A stretch of 59,133 nucleotides of DNA, filler included, from Babesia bigemina (lineage: Eukaryota), in assembly GCF_000981445.1 (NCBI RefSeq). It is 10 parts of 10 records of this genome, joined end to end, with 100 filler letters (N's around TTAATTAATTAA, not from the genome) between each part and the next. Parts side by side here need not be neighbours in the genome. Positions count along the whole stretch, not along the records: positions 8,637 to 12,763 come from NW_012237374.1; positions 12,864 to 18,170 come from NW_012237375.1; positions 18,271 to 36,169 come from NW_012237377.1; 7 more parts are not named here. One strand, written 5' to 3'. The position numbers were made by a program, and so were the translations under genes. Position 1 is the first letter of the stretch. The number at the start of each line of letters is the position of its first letter. Below are positions 9,337 to 19,233 of the stretch, in pieces. The notes under the pieces were generated by a model. It made no database searches. It worked only from the letters and a program-made list of their open reading frames with translations, and had not been told where the DNA came from.

Positions 9337-12300
9337 ATGACCTCTTTAGACCATTATAATAACTTGTGCCTTGTCACCCTTCACTTCCCCTCTTCCACCT
9401 CTTGCCACTGCCCTGACCATGTGTCGCCTAGGTAGCTTGACAAGAAATTTGATGAAATTTAAAACCTTAAAATTACCTCAAATAACAACCCTACCAACAA
9501 CCTTACTAACCTTTGTACTGGCCTTGAGACTTTCCTCGGCTTCAACAAAGACTCCAAAGGCTACGATGGCACTGGGATTGTGTACTCTGACTTGGATAGG
9601 CTGTGTGACGGGGTGATGGGATTTTTGAGTGGTGTGCTTGAGGATGTCAGCGAGAAACAGCCTTACAGTGTGGGTAAAACAATGCTAAAAGAGTTTGTTG
9701 AGAGTGAATTAAAGCCTAAATTATCCACCGGGCGTGAGGGTTTTGAGTTCATTGCGCAGGTGGCGGGGACGGTGAGGGAGTATAATGAGAGAGTGAAAGA
9801 GTCTAACAACCATGTGAAAACCATAATAAACAATATGGACAGAGACATGAAAACGCTCCAAAATGAGGTAGGTAAAATTTTACAACATAATCCTGATTCA
9901 GAAAATTTTGATGAAGTCAAGCAGGGTGAGACCTTGGTCACTAAGCTGGCCGACGAGTATGCAAAAAAAGGTATGAATTTCGATAGTAATTTTGTCATAA
10001 GAGAAATGAATGCATGGATGACAGGTGCTAAAGTTGAGCCAAAGCAGCAATTTAAAGACTTGAATGCTGACCTGAGATTAAAAATCACCCATGCGAGAAA
10101 CAATATCACGCATGAGGCTGAGAGGCTTACGACACTGTCGAAGAAGCAGAAAGAGAATTTGGCTGCGATGACTAGTATGATCAGTAATAAGCTCAAAACG
10201 CTTAAAAGCTGTGTGAATGATAGAATTATGAAAGATGTTAATGAGCTTGTTAGCAAGGTGAATGAGAAAGTTGCGGCAATTTTGAAATTGCTAAAGAGCA
10301 TCAGTGAAACGCTTTGGGATCATGTTAATGAATTAGGGAGGTGGATTAAAGAAGCAGACGAAATTTCCGTTGACGCGGTTAAGGATGTGAAAGGTATTAT
10401 TGACAATGGTGTTGGTTGGCATAAGTCCGATCCAATCAAAGAGCAAGCAAAGCAGTTGAAAGACAAGGCTACGGAACTTTACTGGAAATTTGAGGGTGCG
10501 ACGCGGTCTGTTGAGGATGGCGTAAAAAACGCGAAAACGGAGAAAGTTAGCGAGTTGGATAAGTGGAAAGCAGCGGGCGACGCGGCCGTTAATAAGGCGA
10601 AGGAGAAGTGTGATCAGATAGTTGGGAAGTTGAAGGGGCAGGGAAGTGAGACAGGTATAGTAGGCGAACGGAAGGCAGTAACAAATGCAGCGGAGCAATT
10701 GAAGATAAAGGCCGATGAGCTTAGGGGGAAGGCGTACGCTGCTAAGACGCAGATTGAGACGTTGGTGAGTCAGGCTTTGGGGGAAGTTAAAACGATGGAC
10801 GATGCGCTGAGGACGAATTTGAGAACAGTGAGGGATGGAATTAAAAGTGGGATAATGGACTATATTAAAAATGGATTGAATGGGAAGATTAAAGTGGCGC
10901 TGACGGAGATGACCGATAAGATTGCGCATCGTGATGAAGAAAAGCCTGCAAAGCCTGGACATTTGGATAAGATTGTTAAAGGTATTAAAACGTATGCGGA
11001 GAGGTTTAGTAAGGAGGACGAGAAAACTGGTTTCAAAGGTGTAGTGAAAGGATGGTTGGCTGACATCTTGCAGAGTACGCCGGTCACGACTACGTTGGCG
11101 ACCTATATTGGCGGGAGTAAGGTCGGAACTTTGGACAATGCCGAAGGTATTGCGCAAGCAATTGTCGCTGAGCTAAAGGTGGAAGTTACGACAGCTGTTG
11201 ATACGTTCAAAAATCATGTGCAGGATGCCGGCGACTCCAGCACAAAGATTGAAGATTATATACTTGCTGTCAACAATGTCTGCGAAAAATTCGCCAAAGC
11301 AGTTGGATTGAAAATAAAAGGTCAGGTAGAAATTGGCGGGGTTTCCCGGCAAATGGCCGAAAACATTAAGCACGTTTTCACGAAAGTTCAGTCTCCGGTG
11401 GGACGTGAAAGTGACCTCGCACAAGCAATACGTTTAATTCTTCTCCAGCTCATTGGTGCCGCGAGCCAGGCTGGGAATGCAGTCCACTCTTTTGCTAGTA
11501 TCGCTGATGATGGTTTGGACGACGACGATTATGACCTGGGGAAAAACTTGACAGACGGCGTTGGTGGCGTCAAGAAGCTTGGCACTCAACTCTATCAACA
11601 GCTTCAACAAGCCGGTGGCGATAGGTCATCTCACTTTGCTGACTTTAACGGGCAGATTGCGAGCACAGTTAATCCTATTATTGGGACGGAAGATGTCACA
11701 GATAGATCACATAAAGTCACTCTTGATGAAACCAAATTCAGTGGTTACCTCCATAGCGTATCGAAAACAGTCGCTGGCAAAAAAGAGCTTATCGGCGATA
11801 CAGGCGAAGGCTCTCTCCCGCAATCCATCAAGAAGATTCAAAATGAGATCAACGAAAAGCAAGAGTATTTGAAAAACGTTAGTAACGGTGAAAGTGGCGG
11901 CAATGGAACGTTCGATGCGAAAACTTTCGAAACCTTGAATGGACAAATCACCTCCAACCTCACCGCCTTCACCGGCGCCGTCGAGCAGCTTGTTAAAAAG
12001 GACAGAGTCAATACAACCGTAAATGCCTACCTAGAAGATGTGTCTCTTCTGCTCAATAGTGGAGATCCCGTTGACCTCAAGTCCGATATAAAAGATACCC
12101 ACCCCTCCGTCAAAGGCCTCGTGACGATCAAAGAAGAAATCGACTCCGCGCTCGACGGGATTAAAAATAAAGCTGACGCAGAATTTGATGCCGCAAAAGC
12201 AACTACAGACAGCGGAAACATATTCACAACTTTGTCCACCGCGATCACTACGAATCTCAAAGACCTTTTGGCAGCTTTCGAGGAGGCAGGCAAACAAGTG

Positions 12301-12763
12301 AACAAACATTTGCAAAAATTAAAAACCAACATCGGCAAGAAGGAACATGGCGCTGATGCTGCAGTTGGTACGCTGCAGAAAATCCACGACAATCTTGTTA
12401 CCTTGTTGAACGGTGACATTAGCCAAGTCATCAATGACGCCACTGCCTTCAAAAAACAAGCCAATCAATTGCGTGATAAAACAATCGGAGCACTCAACGG
12501 ACACGTCGAAGATGAAGTTAAAAAAGCCGAAACCGCCCTCATCACCCAGGCCAACAAAAACTACGTCACGTCCGTCAAAGAGATGCTGACTGCCTTCGCC
12601 GACAAGGTGCAGAAGGAACTGAAGCCCCTCCCCGGCGAGATCGACACCGACAGGCAGCACGGCTTTAAGGGTTTCATGCGGACGTTGCAGGGGACGTTCA
12701 ACGGTGATGAGACTTTGACTGACAATATTGACAAACTCAAGGGTCTCGTAAGTGAACTGTCAG
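9337..12763 (+). CDS. ves1: ves1b-type antigen, 5' part. Leader ATG 9337 is in frame but interrupted by TAG 9433 and TAA 9460; next in-frame ATG is 9616 (MGFL); 3' end cut by the contig end. Coding or pseudogene status unresolved.
   Basis: GIVYSDLDRLCDGVMGFL motif, coiled-coil centre, FADKVQKELKPLPGEI motif shared with the 2913 gene. Confidence 0.8.
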
Positions 12764-12863
12764 NNNNNNNNNNNNNNNNNNNNNNNNNNNNNNNNNNNNN
12801 NNNNNNNTTAATTAATTAANNNNNNNNNNNNNNNNNNNNNNNNNNNNNNNNNNNNNNNNNNNN
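12764..12863. other. Artificial contig linker
   Basis: N44 TTAATTAATTAA N44. Confidence 0.99.
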
Positions 12864-12945
12864 CTAAACGTTCTGCTGTCACTATCGTAATACACATAGC
12901 GTTGTCTGCTAACGTTTTGTGAGCGACATTCCCTTTTGCGTAACA

Positions 12946-14388
12946 ATGAGGAGCTTGTTGGGTGTGTGTTTTGGAGCTCTCTTGCTCGTAGCAAGGAGCG
13001 GTTCTGCTATTCGTTATACTCACCGTTCGGGTGTTATGTCAGCAGAGGTGGTTGGAGATGTGTCCAAGACCTTGCTGGCAGCCAACGAGGTTGTCAATGC
13101 TGAGATGGAAGCTGCTCAGATTAACGAAGATATGAAGATTCAGTTGGCGAACGTCAAGCAGACCATCGTTGATGAGGTCTGCAGAAAAGATGCTGGAAGC
13201 CCTACGTGCCGTAAGAACGTAATTGCCTATGTTGACCGTTGTGATGAGGGCGATTGTCTGACGCTCGACAGCATGAAGTACAAGCCGTTGAGTCTGCCAA
13301 ATCCTTACCAGTTGGACGCTGCCTTCATGCTTTTCAGGGAATGTGATTCTAACCCTGCGAAGAATGAGGTGAAGCGCTTCTGGATGCGTTCGAGGAGCAG
13401 TCACGGCGACTACCATCACTTTGTTGTTAGCCTGTTGAAGAAGAATGTTGTACGCGACCCTGAATCCAATGATGTTGAGAACTTCGCATCGCAGTACTTC
13501 TACATGACTACGTTGTACTACAAGACTTACCTGACCGTTGACTTTACGGCGGCTAAGTTCTTCAACAAGCTTGCTTTCACAACCCGCCTGTTCGGTTTCG
13601 GTATCCAGAGGGCGTTGAAGCGTTTGGTTAGGAGCAACCTTCCCGTTGACCTTGGAACCCACCCTGAGGCCACCATCCGCGAGATAGCTAGCGGCTACGG
13701 CGAATACATGATGACCCAGGTGCCTGCGATGACCTCGTTCGCTGAGCGTTTCTCCAAGATGGCTACTAAGACTCTGTTGGTTACCGTCAGCGACTACGTC
13801 CGGTTGCCCGCGTACAAGAGGTGGTACAGGAAGTTCAAGGAGTTCATTGTGACCTTCTTTACCGACCCTGCCAAGTTGATTTTGAAGCACGTCTCTCAGC
13901 CTGTGAAGACTGCGTACACAAAGCTGGTCCCCGAAGAACATAGGCAGGCTATCAGGAATGCCGTCGGTCAAAGCACCAAGCGTGTTGCCAACGGTGTACG
14001 TGATTTGGCAAAGAAGATTAAGGAGCCTAGCCAACAAATAATTCGTGAGAAGCTGCCTCACTACCTTTCTAAGGCAAAGGGAGCCGTTGAGCACGTTGTT
14101 GACAAGGTTAAATCCGTTGTGCCGATTAAGAAAAAGCGCGACCAACCATCCGAATCAGCTGTAGAGGAAGCCGTTCCGTCTGGCGATTCCGCGGAAACTG
14201 AATTTGAGGTCCCTGAAGAACAATACGTCGATGCTGTTACTACTGAGGAGGTTAACACCGAGAAGATGGATGCCGACGATGCGGGTAATGCCGAAACCCA
14301 GCAGCTTCCAGATGCAGAAAATGAAGTGCGCGCTGATGAACCCCAAAATGAAGATTCTTCAAGTTCTTCAGATGATTCAGATGCGTAA
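12946..14388 (+). CDS. rap-1a: Rhoptry-associated protein 1a (p58), 480 aa, long acidic C-terminus ending SDDSDA
   Basis: Signal peptide MRSLLGVCFGALLLVARSGSA, four conserved Cys, RAP-1 motifs PLSLPNPYQLDAAF and YYKTYL. True start is ATG 12946, not GTG 12919. Confidence 0.96.
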   Translation: MRSLLGVCFGALLLVARSGSAIRYTHRSGVMSAEVVGDVSKTLLAANEVVNAEMEAAQINEDMKIQLANVKQTIVDEVCRKDAGSPTCRKNVIAYVDRCDEGDCLTLDSMKYKPLSLPNPYQLDAAFMLFRECDSNPAKNEVKRFWMRSRSSHGDYHHFVVSLLKKNVVRDPESNDVENFASQYFYMTTLYYKTYLTVDFTAAKFFNKLAFTTRLFGFGIQRALKRLVRSNLPVDLGTHPEATIREIASGYGEYMMTQVPAMTSFAERFSKMATKTLLVTVSDYVRLPAYKRWYRKFKEFIVTFFTDPAKLILKHVSQPVKTAYTKLVPEEHRQAIRNAVGQSTKRVANGVRDLAKKIKEPSQQIIREKLPHYLSKAKGAVEHVVDKVKSVVPIKKKRDQPSESAVEEAVPSGDSAETEFEVPEEQYVDAVTTEEVNTEKMDADDAGNAETQQLPDAENEVRADEPQNEDSSSSSDDSDA

Positions 14389-14548
14389 CAGCAATTTAGC
14401 TGTACATTTCGATCGTGTTGCTGTCAAATAATCGCCATATAACAATTTTGAATGCCTAATCTCCATCGTTTTTCACTTTTGGGTTGCTCAGGTGTTCATA
14501 TTTGCCAAGGCACCGTCCTGAGATCACTGCGTCGTTTTTGCGTGTAAT

Positions 14549-14914
14549 ATGTCGTATAATGTGCGTCCCATGGCTGCGCTGCTATTCGCTACATGCGCTG
14601 CCACCATGGCCGTAGATAGCGTGTCTGCAGGCAACGCTGCAATAATAAAAAATTTCGTGACTGAGTTACGCACGCGCCATAACGTTATACAATCAGTATT
14701 TGAAGAGTACAGCGTCGATTGCAAAATTTTCGTAGGTGCGTGTGATTCCTACCCGACAGGCAGCATTCAAAGGCAACGACTTAAGAAGCTATGCCGTCCA
14801 CACACTCTCATGAGAGTGATAACTGTTCAAAAGTCGTTCACTTTTAATCAAATAAGAGCCAATGGTGATTGCATTGACCTTTGCTGTAAGGATGTGTATG
14901 AACGCCGCCGCTAG
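14549..14914 (+). CDS. Possible small secreted Cys-containing protein (121 aa) between rap-1a and rap-1b; speculative
   Basis: ATG-started ORF with hydrophobic N-terminus MAALLFATCAATMAVDSVSA; same ORF at 41255 and 46256. No homology recognised. Confidence 0.25.
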   Translation: MSYNVRPMAALLFATCAATMAVDSVSAGNAAIIKNFVTELRTRHNVIQSVFEEYSVDCKIFVGACDSYPTGSIQRQRLKKLCRPHTLMRVITVQKSFTFNQIRANGDCIDLCCKDVYERRR

Positions 14915-15258
14915 ACACGGCAGCGCAATTGAGAAAAGAGACATTTGAGTATTGCTACACAATGTTGCAATTATAAGCGTTGGGTGTATCACGAATGATG
15001 CGATTCTTTTGTGTTTGGATTTGTCTAGGCCACGTGCGAGGTTTCGCACTTTTTTGCATCAACGTACCTTACGGTCAACTAGATCGGTCGGCAACGGTTC
15101 CTAGGCCTTCTTCTTTGTATAATATAGCTCATTGCGGTGTACTTTATTGTATGAGGTACGACTTAGCAGTATTTGTTTCCGTCCTTGCATCCAATTTCGT
15201 GCAGACTACACTTAACACACTGATAGGTCTTTAAGTTATACACCAGATTCCGGAGGTC

Positions 15259-16311
15259 ATGATGGCACCTGTTTTGAAGCGCGTCGTGTCATTGTATGCT
15301 GCGCTGGCTGTGCCCCTTGTCCTCAGTGTATCTTATCGTACCCCGCGCTTGTCTAGGGGCATGAATGTGGACATGCCGTCCGAATCACTGGGACAGGAAG
15401 ACGCTGTTGCCAACGTATCGCGTGTCCGTCAAAGGTTGAATAAAGCCATGTCTCAATCTGCGGCTTATTTCAGTACAGTAGTTATGGATTCTGTCTGCAA
15501 GGGACGCAGGAGCGAAATGGAAGCTTGTCGCTCCGCGCTGCAACCCTACATGGCTCGTTGCGAGGATGGCGACTGTTTGCATATCGACATGGAGAGTATT
15601 GAGGTATCAGGAAGCACTAGTGTACCGCTACCTAATAAATTTCAACTGGATTGCGCCTTCGAGTTGTACAAAATGAGCTCTGCATTTCCATTCAGGGCTT
15701 TCCGCGGTATCGTAGCTCGATTCCAGAAAGGAGGACGCTACACTGCATACCGCGACTTTATATTGCATCTTATGTTGGCCAATGTGGAAGAAGGGACGTC
15801 AAGCGATTTTGAGACGTTCATGAAGAAATATCTTTTCATGGCGGCTGTCCAATACAAGACTTATTTGATGTTGGAAAACTGGAAAGTAAAACTCCAGAAT
15901 ATGACTGATTTATCGCATTTTATATTTGTGGACAAAATTGAACGATCTCTGGTTCAAATAATCGTGCAGACTGCACCCAAGTCCGCTATAGGAACGCCTA
16001 TAAGTGCGATTGAACCATACGTGAAGAGCTTCGCTGCTTACATAAATTCGTTCCGACTCAATCATGAGCGATTTGCGGAATTATATTCTTCAGTAGTCTT
16101 CATTGCGCTTAGGTCGTCAATCAGCAACACTCGCCACAAGGAATTAAGAGCAAGGGATCACAAGCTGGAGCCCTGGAAAAACTTTTACCGGAAATACGTG
16201 ATGCCGGTATTTGGCGCATTTAAGGGCATGTACAGCTACGTGTCAGGTAAGGTCGTGAACTCGTTTGGCGGGTCAGCTAAGAGAAAGTTGCAAACAGAGG
16301 ACGCCGCCTAG
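15259..16311 (+). CDS. rap-1b: Rhoptry-associated protein 1b, 350 aa
   Basis: Signal peptide, RAP-1 Cys pattern, VPLPNKFQLDCAF and QYKTYL motifs; alternates with rap-1a as known for B. bigemina. Confidence 0.92.
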   Translation: MMAPVLKRVVSLYAALAVPLVLSVSYRTPRLSRGMNVDMPSESLGQEDAVANVSRVRQRLNKAMSQSAAYFSTVVMDSVCKGRRSEMEACRSALQPYMARCEDGDCLHIDMESIEVSGSTSVPLPNKFQLDCAFELYKMSSAFPFRAFRGIVARFQKGGRYTAYRDFILHLMLANVEEGTSSDFETFMKKYLFMAAVQYKTYLMLENWKVKLQNMTDLSHFIFVDKIERSLVQIIVQTAPKSAIGTPISAIEPYVKSFAAYINSFRLNHERFAELYSSVVFIALRSSISNTRHKELRARDHKLEPWKNFYRKYVMPVFGAFKGMYSYVSGKVVNSFGGSAKRKLQTEDAA

Positions 16312-17655
16312 GAGAGCGGAGCCCTGCCCTTAGAATACGGGATGATTATTCGGAAGGTAAAATCAAATATTAGCCAGAATCGGTTCCCTAACCCGGTCAC
16401 TGAGAACAATGCAGGACATTCCGTTACATTTAGAGATATAATGAAGTAACGGTTATGGGACATGCCCTTATCGCATGAAGCGTCGTTAGGTGAATAAAAG
16501 ACTGCCTCGTATCCTTCTCGATCTCTTCTTCATCTATACAATAAACGTTTCCTTAGGCTGTCCCATTTTGTCACCTATTGTATAATATCAATGGGGGAAT
16601 TTTGAAAGTGATGCACAGGGCGATTGTGGATCATATCCAGGCTTAGTTAGCTTGCGCGTAGATATTCGGGCGGCGTGGTTTTCGAAACGATTCGAGTTGT
16701 AAGCGACTATAGTCACTAACTTCGCGTTGGTAAATCATGAAATCCACCTTTATATGTACAACATTTTGTTATGCTCTGCGGTGTAGAGAGCGGTGCGCTA
16801 AGGTATTCTAAGAGCACTTAACTCGAGCATCAATAGATGCGCAATTTCGGCCAATCCACATGACGTCTGCGCGCGATGCGCGCACGGTTGTGTCTTGGCC
16901 TGAATGTTGTGGTTGTTGGTCATAGATATTTGGGCGTATTGAACGCGTGATGTTTAGCGGCGGCGATCGAAAATCTCGCAGCAGTGCTCCCACCATTCAT
17001 ACAAAACTAGGGGCGGTGTCGTACATAGCGACAACTGCGGCGTAAATGCGTCATCATTAAGCGTACTGACTGGTCAGTATACATGGCCGTAGTCTACGCA
17101 TGACGCGGAGGAACAGAACTACCTAATTCACGCAATTTCAACTTTAAAACGCGTGAAATAAAACACATTAAGCCAACGCATTAGCGGCAACGCATTACCT
17201 CGAGGTGGCATAAATTACAGGTGGACACGTTTACATAAACTAGTGTCAACATTGATAAGAACGTTCAAAATGCGAAAACACGCCTAATAATGTACACAAA
17301 ATGTATACGCCGTCCTGACGAGGAATCATCAACTCAACCTGGAATTAGACACGGTAAAGAAGTTCAGTGTGTGGCACACATTCGCCCTCGAGGGGAATGA
17401 TTTCACCCAGTTGTACGCATTGCTTATGATATGGTACACGTACGGCAGTGTGAAAGATTTAATAATGTATCCTTATATATATATCAGGATTCCGTAGAAG
17501 GTGCGTGTCACTACGCGAAAGAGCCGGTGAGCATGAATGCGTAGCGCAATATGGGCGGATGTGAAGGCCAAGGGTTATGAGTAGCGTGTAAACAGTAAAA
17601 TATTACGAGGCATCCGTCACATAGAGCGTGTGTCTAGAGCAGCCGTCGTCTACAG

Positions 17656-17752
17656 TCACTGCATCGCACTTGTCTGCAGTGATGTTTGTTTTAGACATGT
17701 GCGTCGAGTATGTGTGAGAAATTGACGCATTGGCGCATAAGCACTCTCAATA
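17656..17752 (+). promoter_or_regulatory. Putative rap-1a core promoter region (TCGCACTTGTCTGCAG box inside a TCACTGCA/TGCAGTGA inverted repeat), variant lacking GGTGCA
   Basis: About 150-250 nt upstream of the ATG; same block at 44360 and 49363. Resembles conserved rap-1 upstream boxes as I recall them; unverified. Confidence 0.45.
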
Positions 17753-17905
17753 AGTGATTGTGAACGCGGAATTAGGTCGGCCGTGCCGTTTTTCCGTTAG
17801 AATAATATTTCAAGCAGATTCGTCTAAACGTTCTGCTGTCACTATCGTAATACACATAGCGTTGTCTGCTAACGTTTTGTGAGCGACATTCCCTTTTGCG
17901 TAACA

Positions 17906-18170
17906 ATGAGGAGCTTGTTGGGTGTGTGTTTTGGAGCTCTCTTGCTCGTAGCAAGGAGCGGTTCTGCTATTCGCTATACTCACCGTTCGGGTGTTATGTC
18001 AGCAGAGGTGGTTGGAGATGTGTCCAAGACCTTGCTGGCAGCCAACGAGGTTGTCAATGCTGAGATGGAGGCAACTCAGGTCAACGCAGATATGCAAAGT
18101 CAATTGGCTAATGTTAAGGAGACCATTGTTGGTGAGGTCTGCAGAAAAGATGCTGGAAGTCCTACGTGCC
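17906..18170 (+). CDS. rap-1a: rap-1a 5' fragment (hybrid N-terminal type), cut by contig end
   Basis: Appears identical to the start of the 44610 copy. Confidence 0.93.
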
Positions 18171-18270
18171 NNNNNNNNNNNNNNNNNNNNNNNNNNNNNN
18201 NNNNNNNNNNNNNNTTAATTAATTAANNNNNNNNNNNNNNNNNNNNNNNNNNNNNNNNNNNNNNNNNNNN
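18171..18270. other. Artificial contig linker
   Basis: N44 TTAATTAATTAA N44. Confidence 0.99.
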
Positions 18271-18347
18271 GTAGAGTGGATTAGGGAGCGGTGTAGGGTG
18301 GATAAAGGGGCGATGTAGAGTGGGTAAAGGGGCGATGTGGAGTGGGT
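18271..18347 (-). repeat. 21-bp satellite A, edge of array
   Basis: 3-4 units, then junction sequence TAATAATCACCACTT. Confidence 0.9.
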
Positions 18348-18363
18348 AATAATCACCACTTCG

Positions 18364-18925
18364 GTCATGTCATCGCTGCCGTAACCATGTCATCGCTGCC
18401 GTGACCATGTCATCGCTGCCGTAACCATGTCATCGCTGCCGTAACCATGTCATCGCTGCCGTGACCATGTCATCGCTGCCGTCACCACGTCATCGCTGCC
18501 GTGACCGTGTCATCGCTGCCGTGACCATGCCATCGCTGCCGTGTCCATGTCATCGCTGCCGTAACCATGTCATCGCTGCCTAACCATGTCATCGCTGCCG
18601 TGACCATGTCATCGCTGCCGAGACCATGTCATCGCTGCCGTGACCATGTCATCGCTGCCGAGACCATGTCATCGCTGCCGTGTCCATGTCATCGCTGCCG
18701 TGACCATGTCATCGCTGCCGTGTCCATGTCATCGCTGCCGTGACCATGTCATCGCTGCCGTGTCCATGTCATCGCTGCTGTAACCATGTCATCGCTGCTG
18801 TGACCATGTCATCGCTGCCGTAACCATGTCATCGCTGCCGTGACCATGTCATCGCTGCTGTAACCATGTCATCGCTGCTGTGACCATGTCTTTGCTGCCG
18901 TAACCATGTCATCGCTGCCGTAACA
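18364..18925 (-). repeat. 20-bp satellite B, about 28 units
   Basis: Tandem GTCATCGCTGCCGTRACCAT. Confidence 0.97.
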
Positions 18926-18928
18926 TTA

Positions 18929-19115
18929 ACTTGGTCAGGTGCTTGGTCATCACGTTGGTCAGCACATTGGTCAGCACTTTGGTCATGGCATTGGTCAACA
19001 CGTTGGTCAGACATTGGTCACCACTTTGGTCAGCACCTTGGTCAGCACTCTGGTCATGGCATTGGTCAGCACCTTGGTCAGCACATTGGTCATCACGTTG
19101 GTCACCACTTTAGTT
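18929..19115 (-). repeat. 12-bp repeat C (TTGGTCA core), about 15 units
   Basis: Direct reading. Confidence 0.9.
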
Positions 19116-19233
19116 AACTATTACACAATCACATACAACGATTAATGAGTGATTCAAAACATTAGACAACAATTAGTTGTATAGGTGAGTAGGTGATGCT
19201 AGGTGAGTGTAGATAGTGAACACGTGAGTACGA

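Noticed and set aside
9371..9616. Alternate-frame leader ORFs (MSPFTS...; also 7244, 34835, 51793) as separate genes
   Set aside because: Mostly TTG-started overlaps of the conserved ves leader; conservation follows from the DNA repeat.
12919..12945. GTG start giving an MSDIPFCVT extension of RAP-1a
   Set aside because: Eukaryote; ATG 12946 begins the signal peptide. Same for 17879, 39651 and 44583.
12764..12946. Physical linkage of ves arrays and the rap-1 locus
   Set aside because: Always separated by linkers; no contig contains both.
13039..14145. Long antisense ORFs over rap-1a (368 aa; 351 aa at 39771 and 44703)
   Set aside because: Codon-register shadows of the sense gene with non-ATG starts; recurrence only reflects the duplication.
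16312..17650. Hidden gene or RNA in the rap-1b to rap-1a spacer
   Set aside because: Only short antisense ORFs; no tRNA, rRNA or convincing splice chain recognised by eye. Identity between copies reflects homogenisation.
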